Positions 1-11,794 of a stretch of 52,611 bases of DNA are shown here, in pieces; position 1 is the stretch's first letter, and each line of letters starts with the position of its first letter. The stretch lies in contig JBLNDP010000021.1 of NCBI GenBank assembly GCA_050261755.1, forward strand, positions 1 through 52,611. The letters are read 5' to 3'. This stretch comes from Clostridia bacterium (lineage in GTDB: Bacteria > Pseudomonadota > Gammaproteobacteria > Burkholderiales > SG8-39). A program made the translations under genes and the position numbers. The notes under the pieces were generated by a model that was not told the origin of the DNA, ran no database searches, and saw nothing but the letters and a program-made list of their open reading frames with translations.

Positions 1-573
1 CACCGTGATCCGGTCCGCGAGGCCGCTGCGGTCGATCGCCGCCAGGACGAGGCGCACGAAGGTCGCGACGTCGGGCACGCCGTGCGCCCCTTCGGGAGTG
101 ATCTTCGTCTCGAGGTTGAGCCTCACCGATCCGTGCTCGCGGGCCAGCGCGAAGAGCTCGTCGAGCGTCGGGACCCTTTCGCCGTCGGCGGCCACCTGCT
201 CGGGGAAACCTTTGCCGTAGGCGTGATTCGGGTTCAGGCGGCCGACGTCGTAGCGACGCAGCGTGGCAAGGTCGATCGCGTGGATATCGGGGCCGTCGGC
301 GCTCAGGAACCGGCCACCTTCGTCGCGCGTGAGCGCGGGGCTCAGGTACGGCTCGTGAGAAAGCACCAGGATGTTGTCGCGCGTCACCGCCAGGTCGGTT
401 TCCAGCGTGGTGACGCCTATGGCGAGCGCCTTACGGAATGCGGCGAGCGTGTTTTCGGGCGCCAGCCCCCGCGTGCCCCGGTGCCCCTCGAGATCGAAGG
501 CGGCGGCCGGGCGCGAGAGCGCGGCCGCGAGCAGGACTCCCGCCAGGATGCGAACGATCCGCCCTACTCCCAC
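1..573 (-). CDS. glycerophosphodiester phosphodiesterase (GDPD) family protein, N-terminal 191 codons; 3' end lies beyond the left edge
   Basis: Absent from the ORF track because no stop codon falls in the window. Manual reverse translation from GTG 573-571 gives [71 protein letters not shown]. This is a signal-peptide-like N-terminus followed by the GDPD HRG..PENT motif. The GTG overlaps the guaA stop (564-566). Confidence 0.7.
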   Translation of the reverse strand, partial: MGVGRIVRILAGVLLAAALSRPAAAFDLEGHRGTRGLAPENTLAAFRKALAIGVTTLETDLAVTRDNILVLSHEPYLSPALTRDEGGRFLSADGPDIHAIDLATLRRYDVGRLNPNHAYGKGFPEQVAADGERVPTLDELFALAREHGSVRLNLETKITPEGAHGVPDVATFVRLVLAAIDRSGLADRITV

Positions 574-2147
574 TCGATCGTCGCCGGCGGCTTGGAGGAG
601 ATGTCGTAGGTGACGCGGTTGATGCCGCGCACCTCGTTGATGATTCGGGAGGAGACCCGGGCAAGGAGCTCGTGCGGCAGCGGCGCCCAGTCCGCGGTCA
701 TGAAGTCGGTGGTCTGCACCGCGCGCAAGGCAACGACGTACTCGTACGTCCGGCCGTCGCCCATGACGCCGACCGACTTCACCGGCAGGAAGACGGTGAA
801 GGCCTGGGCGGTCTTGTCGTACCAGCCGGAGCTGCGCAGCTCCTGGATGAAGATGTCGTCTGCCCGCTGCAGGAGCTCGACGAAATGTTTTTCGATGGAA
901 CCCAGGATCCTCACTCCGAGCCCCGGCCCCGGGAACGGGTGGCGGAATACCATCTCCCGCGGCAGGCCGAGCTCGAGGCCGAGCTGCCTCACCTCGTCCT
1001 TGAAAAGGTCGCGCAGCGGCTCGAGAAGCTTGAGATGCAGCGTTTCGGGCAGGCCGCCGACGTTGTGGTGCGACTTGATCGTCTTCGCCTTCTTCGTCTT
1101 CGCCCCGGCCGACTCGATCACGTCCGGGTAGATCGTCCCCTGGGCGAGCCAGCGCGCGTTTTTGACTTTCTTTGCTTCCCGCTGGAAGACCTCGACGAAA
1201 TGCTTGCCGATGATCTTGCGCTTGTCTTCCGGATCCGACTTGCCCTTCAGGGCATCGAAGAATTCCGCCGAAGCATCCACGTGGACGACCTTCACGTGCA
1301 TGTGCTTCGCGAAGGTGTCCATCACCTGCTTCGCCTCGTTCAGGCGCAGCAGGCCGTGGTCGACGAAGACGCAGGTGAGCTGGTCGCCGATGGCCTTGTG
1401 GATGAGCGCGGCGGCCACCGAGGAATCGACGCCGCCGGAGAGGCCGAGGATGACCTCTTCATTTCCCACCTGGTTTCTTATTTGTCGGACTGCCTCGGAA
1501 ACATATTGCGGCATCGTCCAGTCGCCCTTGCAGCCGGCGATGTCGCGCACGAACCGCTGCAGGAGCTTCGTGCCCTGTAGCGTGTGCGTCACCTCGGGGT
1601 GGAACTGGACGGCGTAGAAGCGCCGGGCCTCGTCGGCCATACCTGCGATCGGGCACGAGTCGGTCGACGCCATCAGCTTGAACCCGGGGGGCATGTCGAC
1701 CACCTTGTCGCCATGGCTCATCCAGACCTTGAGCATGCCGTGGCCTTCGGCCGTGCGATGGTCCTCGATGCCCTCGAGTAGCTTCGTGTGGCCGCGCGCG
1801 CGCACCTCCGCGTAGCCGAACTCGCGCACCTTGCCGGCCTCCACGCGGCCGCCGAGCTGCTGCGCCATGGTCTGCATGCCGTAGCAGATGCCGAGCACCG
1901 GCACGCCGAGCTCGAAGACGGCCTGCGGCGCCTTGCCGGCGTCGGGGTCGTAGGCCGAGAGGTGGCTGCCGGAAAGGATGATCCCGCGTGCGCCGAAGCT
2001 CCTGACGAAATCGTCGGAGACATCGTGCGGGTGGATCTCGCAGTAGACGCTGGCCTCGCGCACGCGCCGCGCGATGAGCTGCGTGTACTGCGCGCCGAAA
2101 TCGAGAACGAGGATCCGGTCGTGCCGGACCGGCGCGGCGTTGGGCAC
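564..2147 (-). CDS. guaA: GMP synthase (glutamine-hydrolysing)
   Basis: ORF 564..2201 contains [21 protein letters not shown] (GATase domain), SGGVDSSV (ATP-PPase P-loop) and a C-terminal ...KPPATIEWE. The ATG at 2201 would overlap guaB by 53 nt. The GTG at 2147-2145 lies 1 nt after the guaB stop and gives a 527-aa, E. coli-like N-terminus, so I prefer it. Confidence 0.93.
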   Translation of the reverse strand: MPNAAPVRHDRILVLDFGAQYTQLIARRVREASVYCEIHPHDVSDDFVRSFGARGIILSGSHLSAYDPDAGKAPQAVFELGVPVLGICYGMQTMAQQLGGRVEAGKVREFGYAEVRARGHTKLLEGIEDHRTAEGHGMLKVWMSHGDKVVDMPPGFKLMASTDSCPIAGMADEARRFYAVQFHPEVTHTLQGTKLLQRFVRDIAGCKGDWTMPQYVSEAVRQIRNQVGNEEVILGLSGGVDSSVAAALIHKAIGDQLTCVFVDHGLLRLNEAKQVMDTFAKHMHVKVVHVDASAEFFDALKGKSDPEDKRKIIGKHFVEVFQREAKKVKNARWLAQGTIYPDVIESAGAKTKKAKTIKSHHNVGGLPETLHLKLLEPLRDLFKDEVRQLGLELGLPREMVFRHPFPGPGLGVRILGSIEKHFVELLQRADDIFIQELRSSGWYDKTAQAFTVFLPVKSVGVMGDGRTYEYVVALRAVQTTDFMTADWAPLPHELLARVSSRIINEVRGINRVTYDISSKPPATIEWE

Positions 2148-2148
2148 G

Positions 2149-3636
<1,488 letters not shown>

Positions 3637-3930
3637 TTATACGCGAGTCTTTCGCGCCGGTCGCGGCGAGGCGCGCCGCCCGGCTCTGCGCGCGTCTTCC
3701 GCGCGCTTCCGGCGGGCTTCCTTGGGATCGAGCGCGAGCGGCCGGTAGATTTCCACGCGGTCGCCTTCCTTGAGAACGGTTTGCGGCCCTGCGACGGCGC
3801 CGAAGATTCCGGTTTTCAGGCCTTCGGCGGAGAACCCGGCGGCGGCAATCGCGTCGGCCAGCGTGGCACCGTCGGCGAGCGTGACGGTGCGCACCTGCGG
3901 CGCGAAGACGACCTCAACCGTCAGTCCCAT
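3637..3930 (-). CDS. rnfH: RnfH family ubiquitin-fold protein (UPF0125/YfjF-like)
   Basis: ORF 3637..3960. The internal ATG at 3930 gives [12 protein letters not shown]...LKEGDRVEIYRPL, typical of RnfH. It overlaps the ratA 3' end by 17 nt. The ratA-rnfH pair is divergent from smpB, as in E. coli. Confidence 0.8.
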   Translation of the reverse strand: MGLTVEVVFAPQVRTVTLADGATLADAIAAAGFSAEGLKTGIFGAVAGPQTVLKEGDRVEIYRPLALDPKEARRKRAEDARRAGRRASPRPARKTRV

Positions 3931-4351
3931 AGACGGCGTCCGCGCGCCGGGCAAAGGCATCGACCATGGTGTCGGCGATGCGGTCGAAGAGCGGGTCGAG
4001 GAGAACGGCGAGCACGCGGCTCGTGAACTCGTACTCGAGCGTGAACTCGATGCGGCACGCGGTCGCGGACAGTCGCGTGAACCGCCACGCGGCGTCGAAT
4101 CGCCTGAAGGGCCCTTCGACGAGATGCATGTCGATCGACTCGCCCGGGCGGTTGTCGTTGCTCGTGGTGAAGGTCTGCCGCAGCCCGCGCAGCGCCGCGG
4201 TGATGCGCGCCTTCACGCGGCCGTTCCTCTCGAGGATCCTCGCCTCGGCGCACCACGGCAGGAAGCGCGGATAGGAGTCGATGTCCTCCACGAGCGCATA
4301 AACCTGCTCGGCGCTGTGGGCGACGATCGCGGTCCGGGCGATTCGCTTCAT
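3914..4351 (-). CDS. ratA: SRPBCC-fold RatA/PasT (Coq10-like) family protein
   Basis: 145-aa ORF starting [34 protein letters not shown], characteristic of the YfjG/RatA polyketide-cyclase-like family. It shows conserved synteny with smpB and rnfH. Confidence 0.85.
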   Translation of the reverse strand: MKRIARTAIVAHSAEQVYALVEDIDSYPRFLPWCAEARILERNGRVKARITAALRGLRQTFTTSNDNRPGESIDMHLVEGPFRRFDAAWRFTRLSATACRIEFTLEYEFTSRVLAVLLDPLFDRIADTMVDAFARRADAVYGTDG

Positions 4352-4371
4352 GCGAGAATGATTTTTCGCCT

Positions 4372-4815
4372 ATGTCGATCGTCGAGAACCGGAAAGCCTT
4401 CCACGATTATTTCATCGAGGAGCGCTACGAGGCGGGGATCGCCCTCGCCGGCTGGGAGGTGAAGTCCATCCGCGCCGGCCGTGCGCAGCTCGCCGATGCC
4501 TATGTCATGGTGCGCGGGGGCGAACTGTACCTGATCGGCGGCAACATCACGCCGCTGCCCACGGCCTCGACGCATTTCGTGCCCGACCCGACGCGCAGCC
4601 GCAAGCTGCTCCTGCACGCCGAGGAGATCAAGCGCCTGATCGGCAAGGTGGAGCAGCGCGGCTACACGCTCGTGCCGCTCAACCTGCATTACGCCAAGGG
4701 CCGCATCAAGCTCGAGGTCGGCCTGGGGCGCGGCAAGCTCGCCCGCGACAAGCGCGCCGACCAGCGCGAGAAGGACTGGAACCGCGAGAAGCAGCGGCTG
4801 CTACGCAGCCGCTGA
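4372..4815 (+). CDS. smpB: SsrA-binding protein SmpB
   Basis: 147-aa [39 protein letters not shown]... with a basic C-terminal tail. Confidence 0.96.
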   Translation: MSIVENRKAFHDYFIEERYEAGIALAGWEVKSIRAGRAQLADAYVMVRGGELYLIGGNITPLPTASTHFVPDPTRSRKLLLHAEEIKRLIGKVEQRGYTLVPLNLHYAKGRIKLEVGLGRGKLARDKRADQREKDWNREKQRLLRSR

Positions 4816-7185
4816 TTTCGCCTTGGCTTGCCCGAGGTCGGCGAGGGCCATCCAGGTGGAGATGACCGTGTCCGGGTTGAGGGACATGCTCTCGATGCCC
4901 TGCTCCATCAGCCAGGCCGCGAGGTCCGCGTGGTCGGAGGGCCCCTGGCCGCAGATGCCGACGTACTTGCCAGCCTTGCGGCAGGCCTTGATGGCGAGGG
5001 CGAGCATCGCCTTGACGGCGGCGTCGCGCTCGTCGAAGCGCTCCGCGACGAGGCCGGAGTCGCGGTCGAGGCCCAGCGTGAGCTGCGTGAGGTCGTTGGA
5101 GCCGATGGAGAAGCCGTCGAAGAGCTCGAGGAACTCGTCGGCGAGGATGGCGTTGGAGGGCAGCTCGCACATCATGACGATGCGCAGGCCATTCGCACCT
5201 CTCTTTAAGCCATTTTCCTCGAGAAGCTTCAAAACCTCCCGTGCCTCGTCGAGCGTCCGCACGAACGGCACCATGAGCTCGACGTTCGTGAGGCCGAGCT
5301 CGTCGCGCACGCGGCGCATGGCCTGGCACTCGAGCTCGAAGCATTCCTTGAAGCTCGGATCCACGTAGCGCGAAGCGCCGCGGAAGCCGAGCATCGGGTT
5401 CTCCTCGTCGGGCTCGTAGCGCTCGCCGCCGAGGAGCTTCTTGTACTCGTTCGATTTGAAGTCCGAGAGCCGCACGATGACCGACTTCGGCCAGAAGGCG
5501 GCGGCGATGGTGGCCACGCCTTCGACCATCTTCTCGCGGAAGAAGTCGCGCGGGCTGGCGTAACCCTTGGCCTTTTCCAGGATCTCCTTCTTCAGGGAGC
5601 CATCCAGCTTCTGGAACTCGAGGCACGCCTTGGGGTGGACCCCGATCTCGTTGTTGATGATGAACTCGAGGCGCGCCAGGCCCACGCCCGCGTTGGGGAG
5701 CTGCGCGAACTGGAAGGCGAGCTGCGGGTTGCCGACGTTCATCGAGATCTTCACCGGGATCTTCGGCATCTCGCCGCGCTCGCGCGTCGAGACCTCGAAG
5801 GGGATCAGCCCCTCGTAGACGTTTCCGGTGTCGCCTTCGGAGCAGGACACCGTCACCGGCTGCCCGTCCTTCAGGCGGCTCGTCGCGTCGCCGCAGCCGA
5901 CGACCGCCGGGATGCCGAGCTCTCGGGCGATGATGGCGGCATGGCAGGTGCGGCCGCCGCGGTTCGTGACGATCGCAGCCGCGACCTTCATGACCGGCTC
6001 CCAGTTGGGATCCGTCATGTCCGTGACGAGGATGTCGCCCGGCTTCACCCGGGACATCTGCGCGGCGTCCGGCACGATGCGCACGCTGCCGCTGCCGATC
6101 TTGTGGCCGATGGCGCGTCCCGTCGCGAGCACCTTGCCGCTTCCCTTGAGGGCGAAGCGCTCCTCGACGTCGCGCTTGCGCGACTTGACCGTCTCCGGGC
6201 GGGCCTGGAGCACGTAGATCCGGCCGTCCTGGCCGTCCTTGCCCCACTCGATGTCCATCGGCCGACCGTAGTGCTTCTCGATCGCGACCGCGTAGCGGCC
6301 GAGCTCGAGCACGTCCTCGTCCTTCAGGGAAAAGGCGTCGCGCTCGGGACCCGTGTCGGTCACCCGGGTGGACTTGCCCGCCGCGGCATGCTCGGCGAAG
6401 ACCATCTTGTGGATCTTCGAGCCGAGGGCCCGGCGCACGATCGCCGGCCGGCCCTTCTCGAGCATCGGCTTGTGGACGTAGAACTCGTCGGGGTTCACCG
6501 CGCCCTGCACCACCATCTCGCCCAGGCCGTAGGAGGAGGTGATGAACACCACCTCCCGGAAGCCGGACTCGGTATCGAGCGTGAACATGACGCCGGCGGC
6601 GCCCAGGTCGCTGCGCACCATCTGCTGGACGGCCGCCGAAAGCGCCACGGCCCCATGGTCGAAGCCATGGTGCGCCCGGTACGAAATGGCCCGGTCGTTA
6701 TAGAGAGAGGCGAAGACGTGCCGGATCGCCTCCAGGACGTTGTCCGCGCCGCGGATGTTCAGGAAGGTCTCCTGCTGGCCGGCGAACGACGCGTCGGGCA
6801 GGTCCTCCGCAGTGGCCGAAGACCGGACGGCAAACGATGCATCGCTTGAGGTTTGGCACTCAAGCTCCTGAAAATACTTGCGAATATCCTGCTCGAGAGC
6901 GGCCGGGAAAGGCTGCGCGAGGATCCACCCGCGGATCTCCTTGCCGCAGGCCGCCAGCGCGTCCACGTCGCCCTGCTTGAGCCCGGCGATGCGCTCGGCG
7001 ATCTTCCGGTCCAGGCCGCCGGCGGCGAGGAATTCGCGGTAGGCGTCCGCCGTGGTGGCGAAGCCGCCTGGGACCCGGATGCCGGCCCCGGAGAGCGCGC
7101 CGATCATTTCCCCGAGCGAGGCGTTCTTGCCGCCGACCTGCTCGAGGTCCTTCATTCGCAGGTCTTTCAGCCACGATACGCGCAT
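4801..7185 (-). CDS. ppsA: phosphoenolpyruvate synthase (pyruvate, water dikinase)
   Basis: 794-aa ORF. The N-terminus [25 protein letters not shown] aligns with the E. coli PpsA N-terminus. It contains the phosphohistidine region [21 protein letters not shown] and a C-terminal PEP-utilising TIM-barrel domain. Confidence 0.96.
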   Translation of the reverse strand: MRVSWLKDLRMKDLEQVGGKNASLGEMIGALSGAGIRVPGGFATTADAYREFLAAGGLDRKIAERIAGLKQGDVDALAACGKEIRGWILAQPFPAALEQDIRKYFQELECQTSSDASFAVRSSATAEDLPDASFAGQQETFLNIRGADNVLEAIRHVFASLYNDRAISYRAHHGFDHGAVALSAAVQQMVRSDLGAAGVMFTLDTESGFREVVFITSSYGLGEMVVQGAVNPDEFYVHKPMLEKGRPAIVRRALGSKIHKMVFAEHAAAGKSTRVTDTGPERDAFSLKDEDVLELGRYAVAIEKHYGRPMDIEWGKDGQDGRIYVLQARPETVKSRKRDVEERFALKGSGKVLATGRAIGHKIGSGSVRIVPDAAQMSRVKPGDILVTDMTDPNWEPVMKVAAAIVTNRGGRTCHAAIIARELGIPAVVGCGDATSRLKDGQPVTVSCSEGDTGNVYEGLIPFEVSTRERGEMPKIPVKISMNVGNPQLAFQFAQLPNAGVGLARLEFIINNEIGVHPKACLEFQKLDGSLKKEILEKAKGYASPRDFFREKMVEGVATIAAAFWPKSVIVRLSDFKSNEYKKLLGGERYEPDEENPMLGFRGASRYVDPSFKECFELECQAMRRVRDELGLTNVELMVPFVRTLDEAREVLKLLEENGLKRGANGLRIVMMCELPSNAILADEFLELFDGFSIGSNDLTQLTLGLDRDSGLVAERFDERDAAVKAMLALAIKACRKAGKYVGICGQGPSDHADLAAWLMEQGIESMSLNPDTVISTWMALADLGQAKAKSAAA

Positions 7186-7192
7186 AGTCTTG

Positions 7193-7203
7193 CTATTTTA
7201 TAG
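7193..7203. promoter_or_regulatory. AT-rich inverted repeat CTAT-TTT-ATAG in the 20-bp ppsA/ppsR divergent spacer (possible shared -10 block or operator)
   Basis: The only AT-rich element between ATG(ppsA, 7185) and ATG(ppsR, 7206). It reads TATTTT on the plus strand and TAAAAT/TATAAA on the minus strand. Confidence 0.3.
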
Positions 7204-7205
7204 GG

Positions 7206-8027
7206 ATGGGCTCACGCAGAACTGTCTTCTTCCTGTCCGACGGCACGGGTATTACGGCTCAGATGCTGGGCCATAGCCTGCTCACTCAATTCGAGGGCGT
7301 CGAGTTCGACCAGGTCACGCTGCCCTTCATCGACAGCGCCGAAAAGGCCGAGGAGTGCCTGGCGCGCATCCACGCGGAGGCGGCCCGGGGCAACGGCCAG
7401 CCGATCGTCTTCTCCACGCTGGTGAACCAGGACCTCCGCCACGTGGTGCGCAAGGCGAACGCCCTCTTCCTCGACTTCTTCGAGACCTTCATCGACCCGC
7501 TCGAGGCGGGCCTCGGCGTCAAGTCGAGCCACACGATCGGCCGCTCTCACGCGCAGGACAAGAACCACTACCAGCAGCGGATGGAGGCGATCAACTTCGC
7601 CATGGCGCACGACGACGGCGCTTCCCACCGCGAGCTCGCCCAGGCGGACGTGATCTTGGTGGGCGTCTCGCGCAGCGGCAAGACGCCGACCAGCCTATAC
7701 CTCGCCATGCAATTCGGCGTGAAGACCGCCAACTACCCGCTGATCCCGGAAGACTTCGATCGCCGCCAGCTGCCCCAGGCGCTGCACGGGTTCAAGGGCA
7801 AGCTCTACGGCCTCACCATCGCCCCCGAGCGCCTGCACGAGATCCGGAAGGAGCGCCGGCCTGGGAGCAAGTACGCCGATCTCGCGAACTGCCGCCACGA
7901 GGTGGATGCGGCCGAGATGCTCATGCGCCGCGAAGGGATCCGCTGCATCAATTCCACCACCAAGTCCATCGAGGAAATCGCCACGACCATCCTGCGCGAG
8001 TTCCGGATCCACCGGCAGGTCTACTGA
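7206..8027 (+). CDS. ppsR: PEP synthase regulatory protein (bifunctional kinase/pyrophosphorylase PpsR/YdiA)
   Basis: 273-aa [32 protein letters not shown]..., with the P-loop [16 protein letters not shown]. It is divergent from ppsA. Confidence 0.92.
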   Translation: MGSRRTVFFLSDGTGITAQMLGHSLLTQFEGVEFDQVTLPFIDSAEKAEECLARIHAEAARGNGQPIVFSTLVNQDLRHVVRKANALFLDFFETFIDPLEAGLGVKSSHTIGRSHAQDKNHYQQRMEAINFAMAHDDGASHRELAQADVILVGVSRSGKTPTSLYLAMQFGVKTANYPLIPEDFDRRQLPQALHGFKGKLYGLTIAPERLHEIRKERRPGSKYADLANCRHEVDAAEMLMRREGIRCINSTTKSIEEIATTILREFRIHRQVY

Positions 8028-8735
8028 CTAGCCTCGCCGGACGCGGCTCGCCTCGTAGAAGGAGATCGCTGCCGCCGCGGCGACGTTGAGCGATTCGGCG
8101 CCCGGATCGATCGGGATGGTGATTCTCTGGTCTGCCTCGGCGAGCACCGACGTGCCCAGGCCTCTGCCCTCGCTGCCGAAGACCCAGGCCAATCGGCCGG
8201 ATAGGTCGGCGTTGCCGATCGCCTGGCCGCCGCTCGCCACTGCGCACAAGACGGTGCCCGAGAAGCGCGAGAGCTCGTCCTGCAGGGTCTTCACGCCCAG
8301 TATCGAGAGGGCGAAGTGCCCGCCCATGCCGGCGCGCAGGACCTTGGGCGACCACGGATCGGCGCACTGCGCGTCGAGGACGACGGTGCCCAGGCCGAAG
8401 GCGGCGGCGCTGCGGATGATGGTGCCGACATTGCCGGCGTCCTGGATGCCTTCGAGGAACACGCAATCGCGCTCGCGGTCCTCCTTCCCGTCGGGAATGC
8501 CGATCTCGGCGGCAATTCCCTGGGGCGATTCGACGTCGACGATCGAGCGGAATACGGCATCGGAGACGGTTTCGCCGCTCTTGATGATTTCTATGGGCCG
8601 GAAACCGGCGGCGAGGAAGGCTTCGACGAGGTGGGGACCCTCGATGAGGGCCTTCTTCTCGCTCCTGCGGTACCGGCCGTCGCGCGCGAGCTTCGCCCAG
8701 TGCTTGACCCGGGCGTTGTCGCGCGAGGTGATCAC
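8028..8735 (-). CDS. TrmH/SpoU family RNA 2'-O-methyltransferase
   Basis: ORF 8028..8813. It carries the SpoU C-terminal motifs [30 protein letters not shown] and [19 protein letters not shown] 8735 overlaps the rnhB stop (GTGA) and removes the Arg/Pro-rich, non-homologous N-terminal extension. Confidence 0.8.
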   Translation of the reverse strand: MITSRDNARVKHWAKLARDGRYRRSEKKALIEGPHLVEAFLAAGFRPIEIIKSGETVSDAVFRSIVDVESPQGIAAEIGIPDGKEDRERDCVFLEGIQDAGNVGTIIRSAAAFGLGTVVLDAQCADPWSPKVLRAGMGGHFALSILGVKTLQDELSRFSGTVLCAVASGGQAIGNADLSGRLAWVFGSEGRGLGTSVLAEADQRITIPIDPGAESLNVAAAAAISFYEASRVRRG

Positions 8736-9403
8736 GATTCGGCGGCGAGCCGCAGCGCCTTCAGGTGGCGCCGGAACGTGCGCAGGCGGACGCTTTCTTC
8801 CATGCCCGCCCAATCCACCGGGAAGAGATCGTTCTGGAAGAAGAGGCCGACGGCCTGGAAGCTGCGCCGGTGGACATCGCAGGGGCCGTGGCGGCCCAGC
8901 GACTCGAGGTGCTCCGCAGTGGCGTAGCCCTTGTGCTTGTCGAAGCCATAGCGCGGATAGCGCTCGTGCAGGACGCCCATCTCGGCATCGCGCGCGGTCT
9001 TGGCGAGGATCGAAGCCGCGGAAATGGGCTTGTGCTTCGCGTCGCCGTCCACGAACGCCTTGGCGGAGCAGCCGAGCTCCGGCGGGCAGGCGTTGCCGTC
9101 AATCCATGCCTCGCCGGGACGCACGGCGAGCGCCTGCACCGCGCGCCGCATGGCGAGCATCGAGGCGTGGAAGATGTTGATGCGGTCGATCTCCTCGACG
9201 GTCGCGCTCGCTACCGCCCAGGCGATCGCGCGCTCCTTGATGCGCTCGGCCAGCACCTCCCGTCGCTCCGCGGTCAGGACCTTGGAGTCGGCAAGGCCGT
9301 TCACGCGCCGCGCAGGGTCGAGGATCACCGCCGCCGCGTAGACCGGACCCGCCAGCGGCCCCCTGCCCGCCTCGTCGACCCCGCAAATCAATACGCCGTC
9401 CAT
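8732..9403 (-). CDS. rnhB: ribonuclease HII
   Basis: 223-aa [32 protein letters not shown]... (DEAGRG catalytic motif). It lies downstream of lpxB, as in the canonical cluster. Confidence 0.95.
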   Translation of the reverse strand: MDGVLICGVDEAGRGPLAGPVYAAAVILDPARRVNGLADSKVLTAERREVLAERIKERAIAWAVASATVEEIDRINIFHASMLAMRRAVQALAVRPGEAWIDGNACPPELGCSAKAFVDGDAKHKPISAASILAKTARDAEMGVLHERYPRYGFDKHKGYATAEHLESLGRHGPCDVHRRSFQAVGLFFQNDLFPVDWAGMEESVRLRTFRRHLKALRLAAES

Positions 9404-9409
9404 TTGGAA

Positions 9410-10561
9410 TTACTTGTGTAAAACCGAAAGCACAGCATCGGCCGCCTTCGCCGCCGTATTCTGCCTGAGCAGGTGATGGAACTCGTGGAACCGCTCGACC
9501 TGGCGCTTCTGCGCCGCCTTGTCGCGCAGCAGCTCGAGCAGCGCCGCGGCGAGCGCAGCCGGGGTGGCCTGGTCCTGGAGCAGCTCCGGCACGAGTCGCT
9601 CCCCGGCAAGGATGTTGGGCATGCCCACGTAAGGCAGGTAGAGCTGCGAACGCATGAGCGCCCAGGTCACCGGCGACTGGCGGTAGGCGATGACCATGGG
9701 CGTCTTGAAGAGCGCCGTCTCGAGGGTCGCGGTGCCGCTCGCCACGAGCGCCAGGTCGGCGGCGGCGAGCGCCTCGTGCGAGTGGCCGAAGAGCAGCGTG
9801 AGCGGCAGGTCCGTGCGCTGCTGGCGGTGCAGCTCGAGCTCGAACATGTCGCGCGTCTGGCGGGTGACCGTGGGGCAGACGAAGTGGACGTCGTGCACTT
9901 CCTGGCGGAAGCGGTGCGCGGCGAGGATGAAGGCCTGCGCCATGTACTTCATCTCCGAGCGGCGGCTGCCGGGCAGCAGCGCGACGACGAGCTTTCCCTG
10001 CGGCAGCCGCAGCTGCGCCCGCGCCTCGTCCTTCTTCGGCTCGAGGGGAATGACGTCGGCGAGCGGATGGCCGACGTACGTGACCGGGATGCCCGCCTTG
10101 CGGTAGATCGGCTCCTCGAACGGGAACATGACGAGGATGTGGTCGACGGAGCGGGCGATCTTCTTGATGCGCCAGCCGCGCCAGGCCCAGATCGAGGGGC
10201 TGACGTAGTGCATGGCCGGGATGCCGGCCTCCTTCAGCCGCCGCTCGAGGTCGAGGTTGAAGTCGCCGGAGTCCACGCCGATGAACAGGTCCGGCCGCTC
10301 GGCGATGAGCGAGCGCGCGAGCCGGCGGCGCAGCGCCATGATCGAGGCATAGTGGCGCAGGACCTCGGCGTACCCGCGCACCGACAGCTTCTCGATCGGA
10401 TAGTGGGAAACGAATCCTTCCGCCGCCATGCGCGGGCCGCCGATCCCCGCGAACTCGGTATCCGGGCGGCGCGCCTTCAGCGCGCCGATGAGGTGCGCGG
10501 CGAGCAGGTCGCCGGAGGGCTCGGCGGCCACCATGCCGATGCGCAAGCGACCGTCGCTCAC
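9410..10561 (-). CDS. lpxB: lipid-A-disaccharide synthase
   Basis: 383-aa ORF, RIGMVAAEPSGDLLAAHLIGALK... Its position in the lpxD-fabZ-lpxA-lpxB cluster supports the call. Confidence 0.95.
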   Translation of the reverse strand: MSDGRLRIGMVAAEPSGDLLAAHLIGALKARRPDTEFAGIGGPRMAAEGFVSHYPIEKLSVRGYAEVLRHYASIMALRRRLARSLIAERPDLFIGVDSGDFNLDLERRLKEAGIPAMHYVSPSIWAWRGWRIKKIARSVDHILVMFPFEEPIYRKAGIPVTYVGHPLADVIPLEPKKDEARAQLRLPQGKLVVALLPGSRRSEMKYMAQAFILAAHRFRQEVHDVHFVCPTVTRQTRDMFELELHRQQRTDLPLTLLFGHSHEALAAADLALVASGTATLETALFKTPMVIAYRQSPVTWALMRSQLYLPYVGMPNILAGERLVPELLQDQATPAALAAALLELLRDKAAQKRQVERFHEFHHLLRQNTAAKAADAVLSVLHK

Positions 10562-10562
10562 C

Positions 10563-11336
10563 TTAGCGGAGGATGCCGCGCTTGGAGTGGTCGATGAACT
10601 CCAGGATCCGGCGCACCTCCGTGCAGCTCCTCGCCTGCTCCTCGAGCTCCTGGCGCGCCTCGGCGAGGCTGGGCTTGCCGCGATAGAGCGACCGGTACGC
10701 GCGCTTCAGCGCCGCTATGGTTTCCGGCGTGAAGCCGCGCCGCTTCAGCCCTTCGCTGTTGACGCCGTACGGCTTCTCCATGTGCCCGGATGCCGACATG
10801 TAGGGCGGCAGGTCCTGCGGCAGGTACGTGCCCATGCCGGTGAATGCGTGCTCGCCGATGTGCACGAACTGGTGCACGAGCGTCGTCGCGCCAAAGATGG
10901 CCCAGTCGCCCACCTGCACGTGCCCGGCCAGCTGGCAGGCGTTGGCGAAGATGGTGTGGCTGCCGATCTGGCAATCGTGCGCGAAGTGCACGTACGCCAT
11001 GATCCAGTTGTCGTCGCCGACACGCGTCACGCCGGCGTCGTGCGTCGTGCCGCGGTTGATGGTCACGTACTCGCGGATCGTGTTGCGGTCGCCGATCTCG
11101 ACGCTGGTCTCCTCGCCGGCGTATTTCTTGTCCTGCGGAGGCGCGCCCAGCGAGGCGAAATGGAAGATGCGGTTTTCCTTGCCGATCTTCATCCGCCCGT
11201 CCAGGACGACGTGCGCGCCGATCCAGGTGCCCTCGCCCACCTCGACCTGCGGCCCGATCACCGAGTAAGGCCCGACCTCCACGCCGGCGGCCAAGCGCGC
11301 GCCCGGATGGATGATGGCCGAGGGATGGATCGCCAC
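10563..11336 (-). CDS. lpxA: acyl-ACP--UDP-N-acetylglucosamine O-acyltransferase
   Basis: 257-aa ORF, MAIHPSAIIHPGARLAAGVEVGPYSVIG, showing left-handed beta-helix hexapeptide repeats. Cluster context supports the call. Confidence 0.95.
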   Translation of the reverse strand: MAIHPSAIIHPGARLAAGVEVGPYSVIGPQVEVGEGTWIGAHVVLDGRMKIGKENRIFHFASLGAPPQDKKYAGEETSVEIGDRNTIREYVTINRGTTHDAGVTRVGDDNWIMAYVHFAHDCQIGSHTIFANACQLAGHVQVGDWAIFGATTLVHQFVHIGEHAFTGMGTYLPQDLPPYMSASGHMEKPYGVNSEGLKRRGFTPETIAALKRAYRSLYRGKPSLAEARQELEEQARSCTEVRRILEFIDHSKRGILR

Positions 11337-11338
11337 CG

Positions 11339-11794
11339 CTACGCGCCTTCCTTCGGCGGGCGCATGGCGCAGAGGATGTTCGCCTCGGCGACGACTGCGC
11401 CCTCCACGCGGGCCGCGCAGGTGAACTTGCCGATGCCGCGCATGAAGCGATCGATGGATACCTCGACTTCGAGGACGTCGCCCGGCACGACGGGCTTCTT
11501 GAACCGCGCGTTGTCGATGCCGACGTAGTAGTAGACGGAGGCCTCGTCCGGCTTGGTGCCCTCCGACAGGAACACCAGGAGGCCGGCCGCCTGGGCCATC
11601 GCCTCGAGGATGAGCACGCCCGGCATGATGGGGCGCCCGGGGAAGTGCCCCTGGAAGTGCGGCTCGTTCACCGAGACGTTCTTCACGGCGACGATGCGCT
11701 TGCCCTTCTCGAGCGTCTTCACCGAGTCGATGAGGAGGAACGGATAGCGGTGCGGAAGGTGCGCGAGCACGTCCTGGATGCCGAATTCAGCCAT
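11339..11794 (-). CDS. fabZ: 3-hydroxyacyl-ACP dehydratase FabZ
   Basis: 151-aa ORF, ...LPHRYPFLLIDSV...NEPHFQGHFPGRPIMPGVLILEAMAQ. Confidence 0.96.
   Translation of the reverse strand: MAEFGIQDVLAHLPHRYPFLLIDSVKTLEKGKRIVAVKNVSVNEPHFQGHFPGRPIMPGVLILEAMAQAAGLLVFLSEGTKPDEASVYYYVGIDNARFKKPVVPGDVLEVEVSIDRFMRGIGKFTCAARVEGAVVAEANILCAMRPPKEGA

Noticed and set aside
3637-4351. ratA-rnfH considered as a toxin-antitoxin or defence module.
   Set aside because: This pair is a conserved housekeeping neighbour of smpB in many proteobacteria. RatA/PasT is an SRPBCC Coq10-like protein whose toxin status is debated. Nothing here suggests a mobile or defence context, such as flanking repeats, an integrase or atypical composition.
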